Source: Parcubacteria bacterium GBS-2 (lineage in GTDB: Bacteria; Patescibacteriota; Minisyncoccia; Minisyncoccales; GBS-2). Taken from it: a stretch of DNA of 64,000 nucleotides. Location: assembly GCA_001443025.1 (NCBI GenBank), contig LEKP01000001.1, forward strand, positions 97,889 through 161,888, read 5' to 3'. The notes beneath the pieces were generated by a model. It was not told the DNA's origin and did no database searches. It worked only from the letters and a program-made list of their open reading frames with translations. Shown piece by piece: positions 1-8,948 of the stretch (positions within the stretch are counted from its first letter, which is position 1; every line of letters begins with the position of its first letter). A program made the position numbers and the translations under genes.

Positions 1-1
1 A

Positions 2-1141
2 AAAGGGGGGAAGATTGTCTTTCAAGGAACACCAAAACAACTTTTAAAAGCTCGTACTTTAACTGGAGATTATCTATCCGGAAGGAAAAAAGTTGAAATA
101 AAAATTCCAAGTGCGCAATACGCAATACAAAATACGAAATATCTCATAATCAAAGGAGCAAGAGAACACAATTTAAAAAACATTGACGTTAAAATTCCTC
201 TTGGAAAATTTGTCTGCATCACTGGAGTTTCAGGTTCTGGAAAAAGTTCTTTAGTTAATGACATTTTAGCGAAAGCATTAATGAAAAAATTTTATCATTC
301 AAGAGAAGAGCCAGGAGATCATGATGAAATTTTAGGAACTGAGAATTTAGATAAAGTAGTAATCGTAGATCAATCTCCAATCGGAAGAACTCCAAGGTCA
401 AATCCTGCAACATACACTGGAGCTTTTTCTTTTATCCGACAGCTTTTTGCTCAAACAAAAGAGGCAAAAATTAGAGGATATAAACCTGGTAGATTTTCTT
501 TCAATGTAAAAGGGGGAAGATGCGAAAATTGTCAGGGACAAGGGCAAATTAAAGTTGAAATGTATTTTTTACCAGATGTTTTCGTTCAATGTCCTGAGTG
601 TAAAGGAAAAAGATTCAATAAAGAAACTTTGGAAGTGAAATACAAAGGGAAAAGTATTGCCGAAGTTTTAGAGATGACAGTTGAAGAAGCAATGGAATTT
701 TTCAAAAATTTCCCCCCTCTTTACCGAAAATTAAAAACTCTTTATGATGTTGGTCTAGGTTACATTGAACTTGGTCAACCTGCTCCTTCTTTATCAGGAG
801 GCGAGGCTCAAAGGATAAAATTGGCAGCAGAGCTTTCGAAAAAAGCAACTGATAAAACCCTTTACATTTTAGACGAACCGACCACTGGTTTACACTTGGA
901 TGACATTAAAAAGTTAATTTACGTTTTAAAAAAACTTGTTGAAAAAGGAAACACTGTTTTAATAATAGAACACAACCTTTCAGTGATTAAGAATGCAGAT
1001 TGGATAATAGATCTGGGGCCAGAAGGAGGCGAAAAAGGAGGCTATATTCTTGCAGAAGGCACACCAGAAGAAATAGCAAGAAATAAAAATTCTTATACTG
1101 GAAAATATTTAAGAGAAATTTTAGCAGGAAAAGTTCTTTAA
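2..1141 (+). CDS. uvrA: UvrA excinuclease ABC subunit A, C-terminal ~380 aa (5' end outside window)
   Basis: Frame of ORF 281..1141 stays open to the window edge. Walker [10 protein letters not shown], Zn module [19 protein letters not shown] signature LSGGEAQR, Walker [13 protein letters not shown]. Confidence 0.95.
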   Translation, partial: KGGKIVFQGTPKQLLKARTLTGDYLSGRKKVEIKIPSAQYAIQNTKYLIIKGAREHNLKNIDVKIPLGKFVCITGVSGSGKSSLVNDILAKALMKKFYHSREEPGDHDEILGTENLDKVVIVDQSPIGRTPRSNPATYTGAFSFIRQLFAQTKEAKIRGYKPGRFSFNVKGGRCENCQGQGQIKVEMYFLPDVFVQCPECKGKRFNKETLEVKYKGKSIAEVLEMTVEEAMEFFKNFPPLYRKLKTLYDVGLGYIELGQPAPSLSGGEAQRIKLAAELSKKATDKTLYILDEPTTGLHLDDIKKLIYVLKKLVEKGNTVLIIEHNLSVIKNADWIIDLGPEGGEKGGYILAEGTPEEIARNKNSYTGKYLREILAGKVL

Positions 1142-1185
1142 AGTCTTGACAATATTTTTCTCTTTCTTAAATTTAAAATATATAA

Positions 1186-1212
1186 TTATCACTCAAAGGT
1201 CGAGATTGATAA
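1186..1212 (+). promoter_or_regulatory. CIRCE-like HrcA operator upstream of groES
   Basis: TTATCACTC-N9-GATTGATAA matches CIRCE TTAGCACTC-N9-GAGTGCTAA at 8/9 and 7/9 positions. It overlaps TATAAT at 1181-1186 and ends 14 nt before the groES ATG. Confidence 0.6.
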
Positions 1213-1225
1213 TTTTAGACGAAAA

Positions 1226-1531
1226 ATGGCAAAGAAAATCAACATAAAACCCTTAGCAGACTACGTTTTGATAGAACCGATCAAAGAGGAAGAAAAGACA
1301 AAGGCAGGAATTTTGCTCCCAGAAAGCGCCGAAAAGGAAAAACCAGAAAAAGGAAAAGTGATTGCTGTCGGCCCTGGAAGAAGGGATGAAAAGGGAAATT
1401 TAATTCCAGTTTCTGTTAAAGTTGGGCAAACCGTTTTGTTTAAAAAATATGGCCCGGATGAGATAAAGGTCGATGACAAAGAATATTTAATTTGTAAAGA
1501 AGAGGATATTTTAGCAATTATTGAGGAATAA
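1226..1531 (+). CDS. groES: co-chaperonin GroES
   Basis: 101 aa. [33 protein letters not shown] is a typical Cpn10 sequence; sits directly upstream of groEL. Confidence 0.95.
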   Translation: MAKKINIKPLADYVLIEPIKEEEKTKAGILLPESAEKEKPEKGKVIAVGPGRRDEKGNLIPVSVKVGQTVLFKKYGPDEIKVDDKEYLICKEEDILAIIEE

Positions 1532-1532
1532 C

Positions 1533-3155
1533 ATGGCAGCAAAACAAATTTTGTTCAAAGAATTAGGAAGAAGAAAGTTGCTCTCTGGGATGAAAAAAGC
1601 TTTCGAAGCGATAAAGGTAACTTTAGGTCCAAAAGCAAGACTTGTTGTTTTGGACAAAGGTTTTGGAGCTCCTGAGATTTCAGATGATGGAGTTTCGATC
1701 GTAAAGGAAATTGAGTTGAAAGATAAAGTTGAGAATTTGGGGGTCGAGATTTTAAAAGAAGTTGCAGAAAAAACTTCAGACAAAGCTGGAGATGGAACTA
1801 CCACCGCGATGGTTTTAACTTATGCAATTGCTTCTGAAGGAATAAAGAATGTTACTGCTGGTGCTCATCCCTTGGCAATGAAAAGAGGACTTCAAAAAGG
1901 TTTAGAAGCTGTTATCGAAGAATTGAAAAGACTGTCAAAACCAATTTCAAAGAAAGAAGAAATAGCTCAAGTTGCAACGATTGCTGCTTTAGATTCAGAA
2001 ATCGGTCAAATAATTGCAGATACCATTTCTGAAGTTGGAAAAGATGGAGTAATTACTGTTGAAGAGTCAAAAAAATTTGGAATAGAAAGAGAAGTTGTGA
2101 AAGGACTTCAGTTTGACAGAGGTTATGTTTCACCTTATATGATCACTGATCCTGAAAGAATGGAAGCAGTTTTGGAAGACCCTTATATTTTGGTAACAGA
2201 CAAGAAAATTTCTGCCCTGACTGAAATTTTGCCAGTAATGGAAAAAGTTGCTCAAACTGGAAAGAAAAATTTATTGATTATCGCAGACGAAGTTGAGGGA
2301 GACGCTTTGGCAACTTTGGTTGTTAACAAACTGAGAGGGGTTTTCAACGGAATTGCAGTCAAAGCCCCTGGTTTTGGAGACAGAAAAAAGGAAATGCTCC
2401 AAGACATTGCAATAGTTACTGGAGCTCAAGTGATTTCTGAAGAGTTGGGTTTTAAACTTGAAAATATAAAATTGGAGCAACTTGGAAGGGCAAGAAAAGT
2501 AGTTGTTGAAAAAGAGAAAACTACAATCATCGAAGGGAAAGGAAAGAAAGAAGATATTGAAGCAAGGATAAAACAAATCAGAGAAGAGATAAAGAAAACT
2601 GAATCTGAGTTTGATAGAGAAAAATTACAAGAAAGACTGGCCAAATTAGCAGGAGGAGTGGCAGTAATCAAAGTTGGGGCAGCTACTGAAATTGAACAAA
2701 AAGCAAAGCAAAGAAAAACAGAGAATGCCTTGAATGCAACTAAAGCAGCAATCGAAGAAGGGATTTTGCCAGGAGGAGGAACAGGATTGTTAAGAGCCCA
2801 AAAAACCTTGGAAAAACTAGAAAAGGAATTAGAAGGAGATGAAAAAACCGGAGTTTTGATTTTGAAAAAAGCTTTAGAATTTCCAGTGAGACAAATTGCT
2901 GAAAACGCAGGTTGGGATGGAGGAGTGGTGGTGAACGAGATTAAAAAGAAAGAGGGAAATTATGGATTCAATGCCCAAACTCAAAAATTTGAAGATTTGG
3001 TTGAAGCTGGAGTTATCGATGCGACAAAGGTTGTTAGGACTTCTTTGGAAAATGCTGTTTCTGCAGCTTCGATGCTTTTGACCACTGAAGCAGTAGTCGC
3101 TGAAGAGCCAGAAAAAGAAAAGAAAGAAACCACAGAAATTCCAGAGGAATACTGA
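1533..3155 (+). CDS. groEL: chaperonin GroEL
   Basis: MAAKQILF start 2 nt after the groES stop, with GAGGA upstream. [11 protein letters not shown]-binding motif. The ORF-track start at 1521 is an upstream TTG and was rejected. Confidence 0.95.
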   Translation: MAAKQILFKELGRRKLLSGMKKAFEAIKVTLGPKARLVVLDKGFGAPEISDDGVSIVKEIELKDKVENLGVEILKEVAEKTSDKAGDGTTTAMVLTYAIASEGIKNVTAGAHPLAMKRGLQKGLEAVIEELKRLSKPISKKEEIAQVATIAALDSEIGQIIADTISEVGKDGVITVEESKKFGIEREVVKGLQFDRGYVSPYMITDPERMEAVLEDPYILVTDKKISALTEILPVMEKVAQTGKKNLLIIADEVEGDALATLVVNKLRGVFNGIAVKAPGFGDRKKEMLQDIAIVTGAQVISEELGFKLENIKLEQLGRARKVVVEKEKTTIIEGKGKKEDIEARIKQIREEIKKTESEFDREKLQERLAKLAGGVAVIKVGAATEIEQKAKQRKTENALNATKAAIEEGILPGGGTGLLRAQKTLEKLEKELEGDEKTGVLILKKALEFPVRQIAENAGWDGGVVVNEIKKKEGNYGFNAQTQKFEDLVEAGVIDATKVVRTSLENAVSAASMLLTTEAVVAEEPEKEKKETTEIPEEY

Positions 3156-3217
3156 ACTGGTTTTCTGGTTTGCTAGTTGTCTAGTTTGCTGGTTTTCTAG
3201 TTAGCTGGGTTTTTTGG

Positions 3218-3253
3218 CGAAGTCGCTCTCCTTGTGGCGACTTTGATTTTTTT
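3218..3253 (+). terminator. rho-independent terminator of groESL
   Basis: Stem 3218-3226 (CGAAGTCGC) pairs with 3237-3245 (GCGACTTTG), with a 10-nt loop, then a T7 run at 3247-3253. Confidence 0.6.
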
Positions 3254-3266
3254 GTATAATCTCTTA

Positions 3267-3830
3267 ATGGCTTTGGGAACAATAATTTTGTTTTTAATAT
3301 TGCTAGTGGGGGGTTGGATTGTTATCTCTTATAATCGTTTGGTTAACTTGAGAAACAGAGCAAAAGAAGCTTGGGCAGATATTGATGTTCAATTGAAGAG
3401 AAGGTACGATTTGATCCCAAATTTAGTAGAAACAGTCAAGGGTTATGCTACCCATGAGAAGGAAGTTTTTGAAAAAGTAACAGAAGCAAGAGCTAGAGCG
3501 ATTTTAGCTGAAAAGGAGGGGGATGTGAAGAAAATTACTGAAGCTGAAAATTTTTTGTCTTCGACTTTAAAAACTCTTTTTGCACTTGTCGAAAACTATC
3601 CTGATTTGAAAGCTTCTCAAAACTTTTTGGAATTGCAAAGAGAGCTAAGGGATACTGAAGACAAAATAATGTACGCTAGAAGATTTTACAATTCGAACGT
3701 GAGAGATTTAAACACTGCCATAGAAAGCTTTCCAACAAACATCATTGCTTCAATTTTCAAATTCAAGAAAATGGATTTATTTGAAATTTCTAGGCCAGAG
3801 GAAAAAGAAGCGCCACCAGTCAAGTTTTAA
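3267..3830 (+). CDS. lemA: LemA family membrane protein
   Basis: N-terminal TM helix then [33 protein letters not shown] (LemA signature). ATG 3267 is preferred over GTG 3234 because 3234 lies inside the groESL terminator hairpin and TATAAT (3255-3260) sits 6 nt before 3267. Confidence 0.8.
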   Translation: MALGTIILFLILLVGGWIVISYNRLVNLRNRAKEAWADIDVQLKRRYDLIPNLVETVKGYATHEKEVFEKVTEARARAILAEKEGDVKKITEAENFLSSTLKTLFALVENYPDLKASQNFLELQRELRDTEDKIMYARRFYNSNVRDLNTAIESFPTNIIASIFKFKKMDLFEISRPEEKEAPPVKF

Positions 3831-3832
3831 TT

Positions 3833-4714
3833 ATGGCAACTTTATACACTCAGGCTGAAAGAAACATCAGAAAAACTTGGATTTTAATGACCTCTTTTTT
3901 GGTTTTTATAATTATTCTCGGTTGGTTTTTTTCCAGAGTTTTTGATAGCCCATTGATTTTGTATATAGTAGTCATTCTTGCTTTCTCTCAAAGTTTCATC
4001 AGCTACTGGTATTCAGACAAAATCGTCTTGGCAATGACAAGAGCAAAACCTCTTGATAAAAAAGATAATCCAGAACTTTACAGAATTGTAGAAAATCTTT
4101 GTATTGGAGCAGGATTGCCATTACCAAAAATTTACATTATTGACGAAGACCAGCCAAATGCTTTCGCCACTGGAAGAGACAAAAACCACGCGGTAATAGC
4201 GGTAACCCGAGGGTTATTGGAAAGGCTGGAAAGAGCAGAACTTGAAGGGGTAATTGCTCACGAACTCGCTCACATTGGAAACAAAGATATGTTATTACAA
4301 ACAATTACCGTCACTTTAGTTGGATTCGTTCTAATTTTGTCAGATTGGTTCCTAAGAATGAGTAGATTCTCTTTTTCAAGTAAAAGAGAGAGAGGATCAG
4401 AAATTTTATTCATTTTCGCAATATTAGCTGCCATTTTAGCTCCGATTGCAGCCCAATTGATCCATCTTGCAATTTCAAGAAAAAGAGAATTTTTGGCAGA
4501 TGCTACTGGAGCTTTGATTACCAGATATCCTGAAGGATTGGCTAGGGCTTTAGAAAAAATTGCTTCTTATCCCCATTCAATGAGAGTTGCTTCAAACGCC
4601 ACCGCCCATTTGTTCATCGTCAATCCCTTTCGAGGATCAAAAATTGCAAATTTGTTTTCCACCCATCCCCCAATTGAAGAAAGAATTAAAGCCCTAAGAG
4701 AGATATCAATTTAG
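3833..4714 (+). CDS. htpX: HtpX-like M48 zinc metalloprotease
   Basis: TM helices, HEXXH motif HELAHIGN, C-terminal STHPPIEERI. The lemA-htpX pairing is common. Confidence 0.85.
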   Translation: MATLYTQAERNIRKTWILMTSFLVFIIILGWFFSRVFDSPLILYIVVILAFSQSFISYWYSDKIVLAMTRAKPLDKKDNPELYRIVENLCIGAGLPLPKIYIIDEDQPNAFATGRDKNHAVIAVTRGLLERLERAELEGVIAHELAHIGNKDMLLQTITVTLVGFVLILSDWFLRMSRFSFSSKRERGSEILFIFAILAAILAPIAAQLIHLAISRKREFLADATGALITRYPEGLARALEKIASYPHSMRVASNATAHLFIVNPFRGSKIANLFSTHPPIEERIKALREISI

Positions 4715-4727
4715 AGAAATTAATTTT

Positions 4728-4761
4728 TCTACTTAACAAAGCCATGGCAATCTTAAGTAGA
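4728..4761. repeat. 34-bp imperfect palindrome, copy 1 (TCTACTTAA-N16-TTAAGTAGA, centre GCCATGGC)
   Basis: Read directly from sequence. Near-identical copy at 5357-5390. Ends 1 nt before the ATG at 4763. Confidence 0.85.
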
Positions 4762-4762
4762 C

Positions 4763-5356
4763 ATGAAGATAGCAAAATATAAATATTATTTTCGGAAGCC
4801 AAAGTCTGAAATTGTGAAAGATATTCTTTATGGATTATTGGTAGCCGGCGCTTTTGCAATTGCCAGTTCTTCTCCTTATTTTTGGTGGAAGTTGTGGAAA
4901 GCAATTTTAAAAGGAAAGCCAAAGAATGGCTATTCAAAAAAGAAGAAGGTTTATAATGCCTTTCAAACTTTGTTGAAAAGGAAGGAAATCAAAATTGAAA
5001 GGAAAGGAAATCAAATTTATATTTCTTTAACCGAAAGAGGCAAAGCGAGAGCCGGTTGGTTGCAAATTGATGAGTTAAAAATAAAAAGACCAAAAAAGTG
5101 GGATGGAAAATGGCGGATAGTAATTTTTGATATCAGCCAATTAAAAAAAATTTATCGCGAGGCTTTCAGAGGAAAACTGAAAGAATTAGGTTTTTATCCT
5201 CTCCAAAAGAGTGTTTGGATTCTTCCTTTTGATTGCCAGGCAGAAATAGAATTACTTAGAGAATTTTTTGGTTTTTCAGAAAAAGAATTGCGTCTGATCG
5301 TTGCTGAAGATATTGGTCAGAGTGAGGAATTGAAAAAAATTTTTAAACTAAATTAG
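4763..5356 (+). CDS. membrane-anchored PaaX-like / Cas2-fold domain protein (putative regulator)
   Basis: N-terminal hydrophobic helix, wHTH-like segment NAFQTLLKRKEIKIERKGNQIYISLTERGKARA, then WDGKWRIVIFDIS..FRGKLKELGFYPLQKSVWILP typical of the PaaX/Cas2-like fold. Confidence 0.55.
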   Translation: MKIAKYKYYFRKPKSEIVKDILYGLLVAGAFAIASSSPYFWWKLWKAILKGKPKNGYSKKKKVYNAFQTLLKRKEIKIERKGNQIYISLTERGKARAGWLQIDELKIKRPKKWDGKWRIVIFDISQLKKIYREAFRGKLKELGFYPLQKSVWILPFDCQAEIELLREFFGFSEKELRLIVAEDIGQSEELKKIFKLN

Positions 5357-5390
5357 TCTACTTAAAAAAGCCATGGCAATGTTAAGTAGA
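5357..5390. repeat. 34-bp imperfect palindrome, copy 2
   Basis: TCTACTTAAAAAAGCCATGGCAATGTTAAGTAGA has 2 mismatches to copy 1. Starts 1 nt after the stop at 5356. A further half-site TGTAAGTAGAAAG lies at 5399-5411. Confidence 0.85.
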
Positions 5391-5459
5391 AAAAATTTTT
5401 GTAAGTAGAAAGTAAATTTTGAGTTGAAAGATTTGAGTCAAAAGTGTAAAATCGAGAAT

Positions 5460-5546
5460 GGAAGGGTGCCGGAGTGGACCAACGGGACGGCCTGGAGAGC
5501 CGTGCCCCTTTAATGGGGCTCGTGGGTTCGAATCCCACCCCTTCCG
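5460..5546 (+). tRNA. tRNA-Ser (anticodon GGA)
   Basis: Manual fold: acceptor GGAAGGG/CCCTTCC, anticodon stem ACGGC/GCCGT with loop CTGGAGA, long variable arm (CCCC..GGGG), T-arm GTGGG-TTCGAAT-CCCAC, discriminator G. No encoded CCA. Confidence 0.9.
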
Positions 5547-5553
5547 CAAAAAT

Positions 5554-6060
5554 ATGGAGTTTACTTTTTTTGAAAAAATTATTTTTAAGGCGACAAAAAT
5601 TTTTGTTATTTTTCTTTTGGCTTATTTTTTGAATCGTTCATTTTATTTAATTCTTAAAAAGTATCTAGAGCAAAAAGTAAAGGATGGGCTAGAGGAAAAA
5701 AGAAAAAGGATTCAAACTCTTCTTTCTGCGATTGGAGGTACTGCGAAATTAATCATTTGGGTTTTGGCATTCTTGATGGTATTGCCAGAGCTTGGAATTA
5801 ACATAGGTCCAATTTTAGCATCTTTGGGTTTGGCAGGTTTTGCCATTGGAATGGCAGCTAAAGAGATACTATCAGATTTTATTTCTGGACTCTTTGTTCT
5901 TTTGGAAGATCAATACCATGTTGGAGATAGAATAAAAGTCGGAAATTTAGAAGGAGAGGTAGTGGAATTCAATTTAAGACGCACGATTTTAAAAGATGAC
6001 CAAGGTAATTTTCACTTGATTCCAAACAGTCAAATCAAAATTTTATCAAAAAAGTTCTGA
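5554..6060 (+). CDS. mscS: small-conductance mechanosensitive channel (MscS family)
   Basis: TM helices plus AAKEILSDFISGLFVLLEDQYHVGDRIKVGNLEGEVVEFNLRRT (MscS pore helix and beta domain). The ORF-track start at 5458 overlaps tRNA-Ser, so the start was moved to MEFTFF. Confidence 0.8.
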   Translation: MEFTFFEKIIFKATKIFVIFLLAYFLNRSFYLILKKYLEQKVKDGLEEKRKRIQTLLSAIGGTAKLIIWVLAFLMVLPELGINIGPILASLGLAGFAIGMAAKEILSDFISGLFVLLEDQYHVGDRIKVGNLEGEVVEFNLRRTILKDDQGNFHLIPNSQIKILSKKF

Positions 6061-6068
6061 AAGAGAAA

Positions 6069-6096
6069 TTGAACTTTTTCAAGATCGTGGTATAAT
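6069..6096 (+). promoter_or_regulatory. sigma-70-type promoter (TTGAAC-N16-TGgTATAAT), 6 nt before ATG 6103
   Basis: Motifs read directly. The -10 hexamer is 6091-6096 with extended TG at 6088-6089. Confidence 0.5.
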
Positions 6097-6102
6097 TAAA
6101 AG

Positions 6103-6945
6103 ATGCCAAGAAAAAAAGAGAAAAAAGAGAAAAAAGAGAAAAAAGAGAAAAAAGAAGAATTTTACTTTAAAGATCCAAGACATCAACAGGATTTGATTTT
6201 TAAAATTGTTCCGATAGATTCTTTAGATGTGGTTGAGCATCAAAGAAAGCCAAGTAATTATCACGTTACTCATTTAATCTCTTCAATAGAGAGAGTCGGA
6301 TTTATCGTTCCTTTAGTAGTAGTTGAAAAGGATGGGAAATATACAATTTTAGATGGACAACATAGGTTTTTAGCAGCTCAAAAATTGGAATTAAAAGAAC
6401 TACCAGTGATCGTCGTTCCTCAAAAATTGGCAAATTTAATGATGAACTTTAACATCGAGAAAGAACTCAACATCAGAGAGAAATCTTATGTTGCTCTAAA
6501 CATTTACAGACAATACCTAAGGCAAAACTCTCAGCTTTTAGAAACAGAGCCTGTTTTGACAGATTCGATAGAACAGGCCTACTATGTGACATTAGGAATC
6601 GGATATGAAAAAGAGGAAAGGATGAGAGGCGGAATGTTAGAATCGATTATGAAAAAATGTGATTTCTTTTTAGAAATGCCCCTTGAGAAAGCTTTCAAAG
6701 AAAGAGAAAGAAGGTCAGAGAGAGTTCGCCAGGTAAATTCTCTGATCACAGAGATTGCTCAAAAATTAAAAGAAATGGAAAAATGGCACCCCTTCGTTTA
6801 TCAACAGATTTTGTCTTTTGCTAATCCCTATAAAAGAAAGAGGGAACCTATTGAATTTGACGAAATGTTTGATAATCTCATGAAGAATTTAGAGGAGGCA
6901 AAAAAGAATCCAGAAATAATTTTGAAAGAGAAAATTGAGGAATAA
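6103..6945 (+). CDS. ParB/Srx-like nuclease-domain protein with DGQHR motif
   Basis: N-terminal (KEK)n low complexity, then ParB N-terminal-like block IVPIDSLDVVEHQRK..ISSIERVGFIVPLVVV..YTILDGQHRFLAAQKL. Confidence 0.6.
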   Translation: MPRKKEKKEKKEKKEKKEEFYFKDPRHQQDLIFKIVPIDSLDVVEHQRKPSNYHVTHLISSIERVGFIVPLVVVEKDGKYTILDGQHRFLAAQKLELKELPVIVVPQKLANLMMNFNIEKELNIREKSYVALNIYRQYLRQNSQLLETEPVLTDSIEQAYYVTLGIGYEKEERMRGGMLESIMKKCDFFLEMPLEKAFKERERRSERVRQVNSLITEIAQKLKEMEKWHPFVYQQILSFANPYKRKREPIEFDEMFDNLMKNLEEAKKNPEIILKEKIEE

Positions 6946-6946
6946 A

Positions 6947-7336
6947 ATGAAAAAAAAGATTACACTTTCTCTTTTGGATCAGAAATTTGGAATTTGTCAC
7001 TTTGAAAAGAAAACTCCCATTCCAAAATGGGCTCTCGAAGGAGAGTTTTTTTCTATTACCAAAACTGATCAAGAGCTTTCGATAGTTTTTCCTCAAGAGA
7101 AAATTCCTCCTGGAGTTTTGAACGAACCAAATTGGAGAGCTTTTAGAGTTGAGGGAATTGTTGAGGGAATCTTTGCAGTTGGGATCATTGAGGCTTTAGC
7201 AAGACCCTTGGCAGAAAATCAAATCCCAATTTTTAATATCTCCACCTATCAAACAAATTATCTTTTCGTTGAGGAGAAAAATTTAAAAAAAGCAATCAAG
7301 CTTCTCTCTCAATTTTGCAAAATAAATGTTCTTTGA
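6947..7336 (+). CDS. ACT-domain (ACT_7-like) small-molecule-binding protein
   Basis: 129 aa. Pattern LSLLDQKFGICHF..FFSITKTDQELSIV..WRAFRVEG..GIIEALARPLAENQIPIFNISTYQTNYLFV. GAGGA precedes the ATG. Confidence 0.55.
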   Translation: MKKKITLSLLDQKFGICHFEKKTPIPKWALEGEFFSITKTDQELSIVFPQEKIPPGVLNEPNWRAFRVEGIVEGIFAVGIIEALARPLAENQIPIFNISTYQTNYLFVEEKNLKKAIKLLSQFCKINVL

Positions 7337-8483
7337 TTACTTTCAAAGAAAAATTCTAAAACAAAAAATCCTTTTGGAATTAACAAAGCTCAAAGATAGG
7401 AGAGGGTTTTTTAAAGCGGGATTGCCGAGGTTTAATAGGCTTTTTGGAAGAGATTCAATTATTGTTGCTTGGCAATTCTTAAATGAGAGGCCAGGAGTTG
7501 CAAAAGCAACTTTAGAAATTTTATCTCAGTATCAAGGAAAAGTAATCAATGGAGAAAGAGAAGAGGAACCAGGAAAAATCTTGCATGAGTTCGATTTTAA
7601 GTTTAAATCGCACCCTCAATACCATTTTCCATTTCCTTATTATGGCTCCGTTGATTCAACTTTACTTTTTTTAGTTTTGTTTTCTTTTTACTATCAAAAA
7701 ACAAAGGATAAAAAATTTTTGAATTCTCATTGGGAAAATATTTTGAGAGCAATTCACTGGATAGAAGAATATGGAGACAAAGACAAAGATTTATTCATTG
7801 AGTATCAGAGGAAAAGCGAAAACGGATTATTTCATCAAGGATGGAAAGATTCTTTTGAGGATCACTTAAAAATTGACCCTCCAGTTGCTTTAGTTGAGGT
7901 TCAAGGTTATCAGTATTTAGCTTTGAGAGAAATTGCAAATTTAGCAGAAGAAAAGAAAGATTGGGATTTAGTAGATAAACTTGAAGAGAGAGCTTGGCAA
8001 TTAAAGAAAAAATTTAATGAAAAATTTTGGATGGAAGATAAAAAATATTTTGCCTTGGCCTTAGACGGAAAAAAACAACAAAGAAAAGCAATTACTTCAA
8101 ACCCGGGACATCTGCTTTTTACTGGAATAATCAGAGAGAAAGAGAAAATTGAATTGGTGGTAAAAAGACTTTTTGCAAAAGATATGTTTACTCCTTATGG
8201 AATAAGAACCCATTCAGCCCTCGAAGAAGACTTTGATCCAAAATCTTATCATTTAGGTTCTGTTTGGCCCCACGACAATTGGATTATTGCTCAAGGACTT
8301 TTGAAATTGGGATACCAAAAGGAATATCAAAAAATAAGAAAAGCTATTTTGAGAGCTTATAAAGAATTAGGATATTTGCCAGAATATTATGGCGTAGTTG
8401 ATGGAAAAATTACCGTTGATTTACCAACACCTCCTTGTTATCTTCAGGCTTGGAGCTTGGGAGCTTTATTTGATTTTCTCTAA
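7326..8483 (+). CDS. amylo-alpha-1,6-glucosidase / glycogen-debranching-enzyme-like (GDE_C) protein
   Basis: RLFGRDSIIVAWQ, WKDSFEDH, VEVQGYQYLAL, HLGSVWPHDNW: (alpha/alpha)6 GDE_C-type motifs. Only the catalytic domain is present (385 aa). Confidence 0.7.
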   Translation: MFFDYFQRKILKQKILLELTKLKDRRGFFKAGLPRFNRLFGRDSIIVAWQFLNERPGVAKATLEILSQYQGKVINGEREEEPGKILHEFDFKFKSHPQYHFPFPYYGSVDSTLLFLVLFSFYYQKTKDKKFLNSHWENILRAIHWIEEYGDKDKDLFIEYQRKSENGLFHQGWKDSFEDHLKIDPPVALVEVQGYQYLALREIANLAEEKKDWDLVDKLEERAWQLKKKFNEKFWMEDKKYFALALDGKKQQRKAITSNPGHLLFTGIIREKEKIELVVKRLFAKDMFTPYGIRTHSALEEDFDPKSYHLGSVWPHDNWIIAQGLLKLGYQKEYQKIRKAILRAYKELGYLPEYYGVVDGKITVDLPTPPCYLQAWSLGALFDFL

Positions 8484-8948
8484 AATTTTCAATTTTAATT
8501 TTTTTGTTTTTGTGTCCAAAATTGCAAAAGTTGCTTTATAAAAAAGCCCTGCTAAATTTCCAGGATTTGCCAAAAAACATTTTTTTTCTTTTTTTAGAAA
8601 CGGCCAATGAGAGTGTCCAAAAAAGTAAAAGTCAAAATCGTCTAAATTTTTTTCTTTTAAATTAAAGATATGGCAAAATCCAATTTTCAATCCTTCAATT
8701 TCAATTTCTCCTTCATTTTCAAAAATCTTTGTTTTTTTTGCCTCTTTTAAAAGCGAATCTTTTATATCAGCATTTCCAAAACAAAGGTAAATCTTTTCAA
8801 AATTTTTTTCTATTTTCTTTAAAGTTTCTCCGCTACATACATCACCACAGTGAATTAAGGTGGTTATTTTTTCTTTTTTTATAAAATCAAAAAATTTTTT
8901 TAAATTTTCCAAATTATCATGAGTGTCTGAGATTATGGCTATTTTCAT
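8466..8948 (-). CDS. YfcE/MJ0936-type metallophosphoesterase
   Basis: Motifs ISDTHDN, HCGDV, GNAD and GHSH in the correct order; 160 aa. Confidence 0.8.
   Translation of the reverse strand: MKIAIISDTHDNLENLKKFFDFIKKEKITTLIHCGDVCSGETLKKIEKNFEKIYLCFGNADIKDSLLKEAKKTKIFENEGEIEIEGLKIGFCHIFNLKEKNLDDFDFYFFGHSHWPFLKKEKKCFLANPGNLAGLFYKATFAILDTKTKKLKLKILEKIK

Noticed and set aside
3156-3215. T/G-rich oligo-repeats after groEL (CTGGTTTTCT, AGTTTGCT, CTAGTT motifs)
   Set aside because: Low-complexity spacer with no stable secondary structure or coding potential. The actual terminator hairpin lies just downstream at 3218-3253.
4728-5390. CRISPR-like array (spaced palindromic repeats)
   Set aside because: Only two copies, 595 bp apart, enclosing a gene. 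The 40-bp repeats at 17405 and 23322 are 5.9 kb apart. No regular repeat-spacer periodicity occurs anywhere in the window.
5458-5553. N-terminal 32 codons of ORF 5458..6060 (MEGCRSGPTGRPGEP...)
   Set aside because: This stretch is the tRNA-Ser(GGA) gene read as protein. The real MscS start is the ATG at 5554.
6110-6156. 9-bp tandem repeat (AAAAAAGAG)n at the 5' end of the ParB-like gene, and long A-tracts at the 5' end of rpoD (15868-15915), as phase-variation switches
   Set aside because: The repeat unit is a multiple of three and encodes a (KEK)n or poly-Lys low-complexity tail. Length change would not shift the frame, and there is no evidence for on/off switching.
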